In this document: in pieces, positions 46,293 to 49,689 of the stretch | Numbering within the stretch: the stretch's first letter is position 1 | How the letters are laid out: each line of letters starts with the position of its first letter | NCBI GenBank assembly: GCA_044229835.1 | Contig: JBGASF010000046.1 | Location: 1 to 49,689 of the forward strand | Length of the DNA stretch: 49,689 bases | From: Polyangia bacterium | GTDB lineage: Bacteria; Myxococcota_A; Polyangia; Haliangiales; JADYYK01 | Reading direction: 5' to 3' | The notes under the pieces: model-generated | The model's database searches: none | Told to the model about the DNA's origin: nothing | The model's input: the letters and a program-made list of their open reading frames with translations, nothing else | Position numbers and translations under genes: made by a program

Positions 46293-48854
46293 ATGGACGA
46301 GCGGACGCAGAAGCGGGACCTGGTGCTCGCACCGAGCGAGTACGCCTATATGCAGGACGTCACCAAGGGCATCATCAAGACGTACACCGGCCCGACGGTG
46401 ATCAACCCGACGGCGCAGGAGCGCCCGGTGCTCTTCAACACGCAGAAGAAGCGCTTCGAGGGCTGCACCCTCGAGCAGGCCGTGCAGCAGGCGGCCATCG
46501 CGCCCGAGGGCTACTACCTGGTGGTGAAGAACCCGTCGGTCAAGGGTGATCACCCGGTCGCCGGCGGCGTCTACCCGTCGCCCGACCTGCACGTCGGCCG
46601 CAAGATCAACATCACCGGGCCGTGCGACTTCGCGCTGTGGCCGGGCCAGATCGTCAAGCTGGTCCAGGGCCACCACCTGCGCTCGAACCAGTACCTGCTG
46701 GTGCGCGTGTACAACGAGGAGGAGGCGCGCGGCAACTGGCGCAAGGCCGTGGTCAAGCCGGCCGCCGCCGAGGCCGGCGCGCCCGAGACCGTGGGCGCGC
46801 CGCCGCCGACCCTGCGCGTGCCCAGCGATCTGACCGTGGGCAAGCTGCTCATCATCAAGGGCACCGATGTGTCGTTCTACATCCCGCCCACCGGCGTCGG
46901 CGTGGTGCCCGACGAGGGCGGCCAGGTCTACGTGCGCGACGCCCTCACGCTGGAGCGCCTGGAGTACTGCATCCTGGTCGACCAGAACGGCAAGAAGCGC
47001 TACGAGCGCGGCCCCCAGGTCGTGTTCCCGGAGCCCACCGAGACCTTCATCACCAAGGACGGTCATCGCAAGTTCCGCGCCCTCGAGCTGAACGAGATCC
47101 AGGGCCTGCACATCAAGGTCATCGCGCCCTACGAGGAGGCCGGGCGGCGCTACAAGGAGGGCGACGAGATCTTCATCACCGGGAAGGAGACCGCGATCTA
47201 CTTCCCGCGCGAGGAGCACTCGCTGGTGCGCTACGACGGCAAGGACAAGCACTTCGCCGTCGCGGTGCCCGCGGGCGAGGCGCGCTACGTCATGAACCGC
47301 AAGAGCGGTGAGATCCGCATGACGCTGGGGCCGGCCATGCTGCTGCCCAACCCGACCGACGAGGTCATCGTGCGCCGTGTCCTGACCGACAAGGAGTGCA
47401 TGACCTGGTACCCGGGCAACGACGAGGCGCTGGCCTACAACCGCAGCCTGCGCCAGGTCGCCATGCACGCGCCGACCACGCGCGCCGGCGTGGTCTCGGA
47501 GGGCGACTACGAGCGCAGCCAGCGCCGCGGCGGCCAGCAGAAGCAGGGCGCGATGGCGGCCTCGGTGGCGATGGAGGGCAGCTCGGTCAGCAAGGACAGC
47601 GCCGCCATGATGGGCGACGTGCTGGAGCGCGGCTCCAACTTCACCCAGCCGCGCACGCTGGTGTTCAACACCAAGTACGAGGGCGTGCCCTCGGTCAACG
47701 TCTACGTCGGCTACGCCGTGATGGTGATCGACAAGAAGGGCCACCGCCGTGTCGAGCAGGGGCCCAAGAACATCCTGCTGCAGTACGACGAGACGCTGGA
47801 GGTCATCGAGCTGTCGACCGGCAAGCCGAAGTCGACCGATCGGCTGATCCTGACGGTGTTTCTGCGCGTGCTCAACAACAAGGTCGGCGACATCTGCGAG
47901 GTCGAGACCTCGGATCACGTGCGCGTGCGCCTGACCTACTCGCTGCGGGTCAACTTCGAGGGCGATCCGGACCGCTGGTTCGAGGTCGAGAACTACGTCA
48001 AGTTCCTGTGCGATCACGTGCGCTCGGTGCTCAAGGGCGCGGTCAAGCGCCACTCCATCGAGGCCTTCTACGCCGGGTCGGTCGACCTCTTGCGCGACAT
48101 CATCCTGGGCAAGAGCAGCGACAAGGGCGAGCGCGCGGGCATGAAGTTCCCCGAGAACGGCATGCACGTGACCGACGTCGAGGTGCTGGCGGTCGAGATC
48201 GACGACGCGCGGATCGCGGCGCTGCTGGCCGAGGCGCAGCACGAGGCGGTGGAGTCGAACATCACGCTGCTGCGCGCCAACCGCGGCCTGGAGGTCACCC
48301 GGCGCAAGGAGGAGATCGCGCGCCAGGAGGCCGAGGCCAAGACCGCGACGCTCAAGCGCAAGGCCGAGCTGGAGGTCGAGGAGACCGCCAGCAAGCTGCG
48401 CACGGTGCTGGCCGGGATCGGGGCCGAGATCGCGCAGCATGACGAGCGCAAGAAGGCGGCCGAGGCCAAGAACGCCGGCGTCGACGTCGAGCACAAGGCG
48501 CAGCTCGAGCGCGATCGCTCGGTGGCGGTGTTCAAGCAGGAGGTCCAGAAGAGCGAGCAGGCCATCCGCCTGGCCGCGCTGGAGGCCGACGCGCAGAACG
48601 CCATCAAGCGCTTCCAGGCCGCGCAGGCGGGCTTCTCGGAGGCGCTGCTGGCGGCGTCGAACAACGAGCTGCTGGTCAAGGTGGCCGACGCCATGAGCGT
48701 GCAGCACTTCATCGGCGGCAAGACGCTGACCGACGTGGTCGACCGCATCTTCGCGGGCACCCCGCTGGCGGGGCTGATGGAGCGGGTCAAGGACCGGGTC
48801 ACCAGCAATGGTGGCGCGCGGCTGTCGGCCCCGCCGGCGACGCCGAGCAAGTGA
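46293..48854 (+). CDS. Major vault protein (MVP) homologue: N-terminal MVP repeat domains, shoulder (SPFH/band-7-like) domain and C-terminal cap-helix coiled coil.
   Basis: Collinear similarity to eukaryotic MVP. N-terminus LAPSEYAYMQDV...GP...ERPVLF...YYLVVKNP compared with human IPPYHYIHVLD...GP...ERVLF...HYCTVANPV. Shoulder region LSTGKPK...ETSDHVRVRLTYSLRVNFEG...FLCDHVRSVLKGAV compared with LSAGRPK...[20 protein letters not shown]...ACKAIASRVRGAV. Long C-terminal helix ending ...GKTLTDVVDRIFAGTPLAG. Host-like GC. Confidence 0.8.
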   Translation: MDERTQKRDLVLAPSEYAYMQDVTKGIIKTYTGPTVINPTAQERPVLFNTQKKRFEGCTLEQAVQQAAIAPEGYYLVVKNPSVKGDHPVAGGVYPSPDLHVGRKINITGPCDFALWPGQIVKLVQGHHLRSNQYLLVRVYNEEEARGNWRKAVVKPAAAEAGAPETVGAPPPTLRVPSDLTVGKLLIIKGTDVSFYIPPTGVGVVPDEGGQVYVRDALTLERLEYCILVDQNGKKRYERGPQVVFPEPTETFITKDGHRKFRALELNEIQGLHIKVIAPYEEAGRRYKEGDEIFITGKETAIYFPREEHSLVRYDGKDKHFAVAVPAGEARYVMNRKSGEIRMTLGPAMLLPNPTDEVIVRRVLTDKECMTWYPGNDEALAYNRSLRQVAMHAPTTRAGVVSEGDYERSQRRGGQQKQGAMAASVAMEGSSVSKDSAAMMGDVLERGSNFTQPRTLVFNTKYEGVPSVNVYVGYAVMVIDKKGHRRVEQGPKNILLQYDETLEVIELSTGKPKSTDRLILTVFLRVLNNKVGDICEVETSDHVRVRLTYSLRVNFEGDPDRWFEVENYVKFLCDHVRSVLKGAVKRHSIEAFYAGSVDLLRDIILGKSSDKGERAGMKFPENGMHVTDVEVLAVEIDDARIAALLAEAQHEAVESNITLLRANRGLEVTRRKEEIARQEAEAKTATLKRKAELEVEETASKLRTVLAGIGAEIAQHDERKKAAEAKNAGVDVEHKAQLERDRSVAVFKQEVQKSEQAIRLAALEADAQNAIKRFQAAQAGFSEALLAASNNELLVKVADAMSVQHFIGGKTLTDVVDRIFAGTPLAGLMERVKDRVTSNGGARLSAPPATPSK

Positions 48855-48877
48855 CGCGGCGCTGAGCGAGGCGAGCG

Positions 48878-49445
48878 GTGAGCACAGCAGGAGGCCTTGC
48901 GATCTCGGAGCGCGGCACGCTGATCATCCCGAGCGGGCGTGCCGCGCTGCCGTTCCTGAAGGACGAGTGGAGCCATGGCGGGTTGACGCTGTGGCCCAAG
49001 GCCGAGCACCACTTCACGGTGTTCGGCTTCTCCATCGGCAAGCACCTCGGCAAGGCGCGCGCGCTGCCCGGCTTCATCGACTGGGTCAACGCGCGCATCG
49101 CCGAGCACGACTGGAGCTGGCGCCTGGGCCAGCAGTGCTTTCACCTGCGCCAGCCCGAGCCGCGCGCGCTGGACACCGTGGTGGTGCGCATCGAGGCGGG
49201 GATCGCGGCGTTCTTCGCCAAGGTGGAGGCCGAGGCGCGCACGCGGGGCGCCAGGCCCGAGCTGCTGGAGGCGCTGGCCGCGCCGCCGCCGCCGCACGTG
49301 ACGCTGTACACGAGTGATCGCGAGGGCAAGCAGGGCATCGGGCTGAACCGGGTGGCCGACCTGGAGGCGGCGATCGCGAGGGGCAGGGCGGGGGATGCCA
49401 GCGGGCTGTGTGCGGTCGAGGTGCCGGCGGCGGCGGTGCTGGGGT

Positions 49446-49447
<2 letters not shown>
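48878..49447 (+). CDS. Putative 2H phosphoesterase-superfamily protein (LigT/cyclic phosphodiesterase-like), immediately downstream of the MVP homologue.
   Basis: Two H-x-T/S-x motifs in the expected contexts: HFTVFGFSIG and HVTLYTS. About 190 aa. 23-nt gap after the MVP stop. Confidence 0.45.
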
Positions 49448-49556
<109 letters not shown>

Positions 49557-49584
49557 TGATGGCGGTGGGTGGTGGTGGTGCGGG

Positions 49585-49644
49585 GGCTGCGGCCGACCTT
49601 GCGTGGCGATTGGGGGCTGGTGCCGGGTTCGGCGGCGGCAGCTT
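49585..49644. repeat. Copy B of the ~60-bp repeated noncoding element, followed by an interrupted hairpin (15 bp of pairing, 9-nt loop) at 49639-49677.
   Basis: About 90% identical to 15787-15846. CAGCTTGCG...CGCAAGCTG arms with an inner CGCCAGC/GCTGGC. Confidence 0.7.
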
Positions 49645-49689
49645 GCGCGCCAGCAAAGAGCGCTGGCACGCAAGCTGCGCGGGCCGCCT

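Noticed and set aside
46170-46293. Sigma70 promoter call at TTGACG (46193-46198) in the MVP divergent region
   Set aside because: No acceptable -10 hexamer at 16-19 bp spacing. Only the GTTGAC/GTCAAC palindrome is reported.
46206-48707. 833-aa minus-strand ORF opposite the MVP gene
   Set aside because: Shadow ORF. The plus-strand frame has clear MVP homology and coherent composition.

Overview
Very GC-rich (~70%) bacterial chromosomal window; Myxococcota-like hallmarks (MJ0042 zinc-ribbon, MopE-type Cys/Asp lipoprotein motifs, many lipoproteins). About 41 protein-coding genes and one tRNA-Cys, mostly in tight, translationally coupled operons with 1-4 nt stop/start overlaps (taGTG, ATGA, GTGA). 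Genes are a mix of housekeeping (serine pathway cluster serC-like/nif3/serA, hisZ, purA, lysC, ltaE, an ABC-F factor) and accessory functions (Mla/MCE-type lipid transport operon with two non-identical ATPases, CpsB phosphatase/UDP-sugar dehydrogenase envelope operon, FHA-GGDEF cyclase, SRPBCC-fused adenylate cyclase, LysR/DJ-1 pair). Standout items: (i) a full-length bacterial homologue of the eukaryotic major vault protein with a 2H-phosphoesterase-like gene directly downstream; (ii) an 810-aa DUF4157/zincin-like (HExxH) protein of the kind associated with injected/polymorphic toxins; (iii) a family of CACG-containing hexanucleotide microsatellites, mainly (AGCACG)n, that sit between convergent genes and also form in-frame (Ser-Thr)n linkers in HisZ and in the first ORF; (iv) a ~60-bp repeated noncoding element with a 3' hairpin next to two microsatellite copies; (v) a ~3-kb patch of clearly lower GC carrying two genes. 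Many long ORFs in the six-frame track are antisense or off-frame shadows typical of high-GC DNA and were not called. Gene starts are not certain to the base; the most uncertain ones are noted in each feature's evidence.
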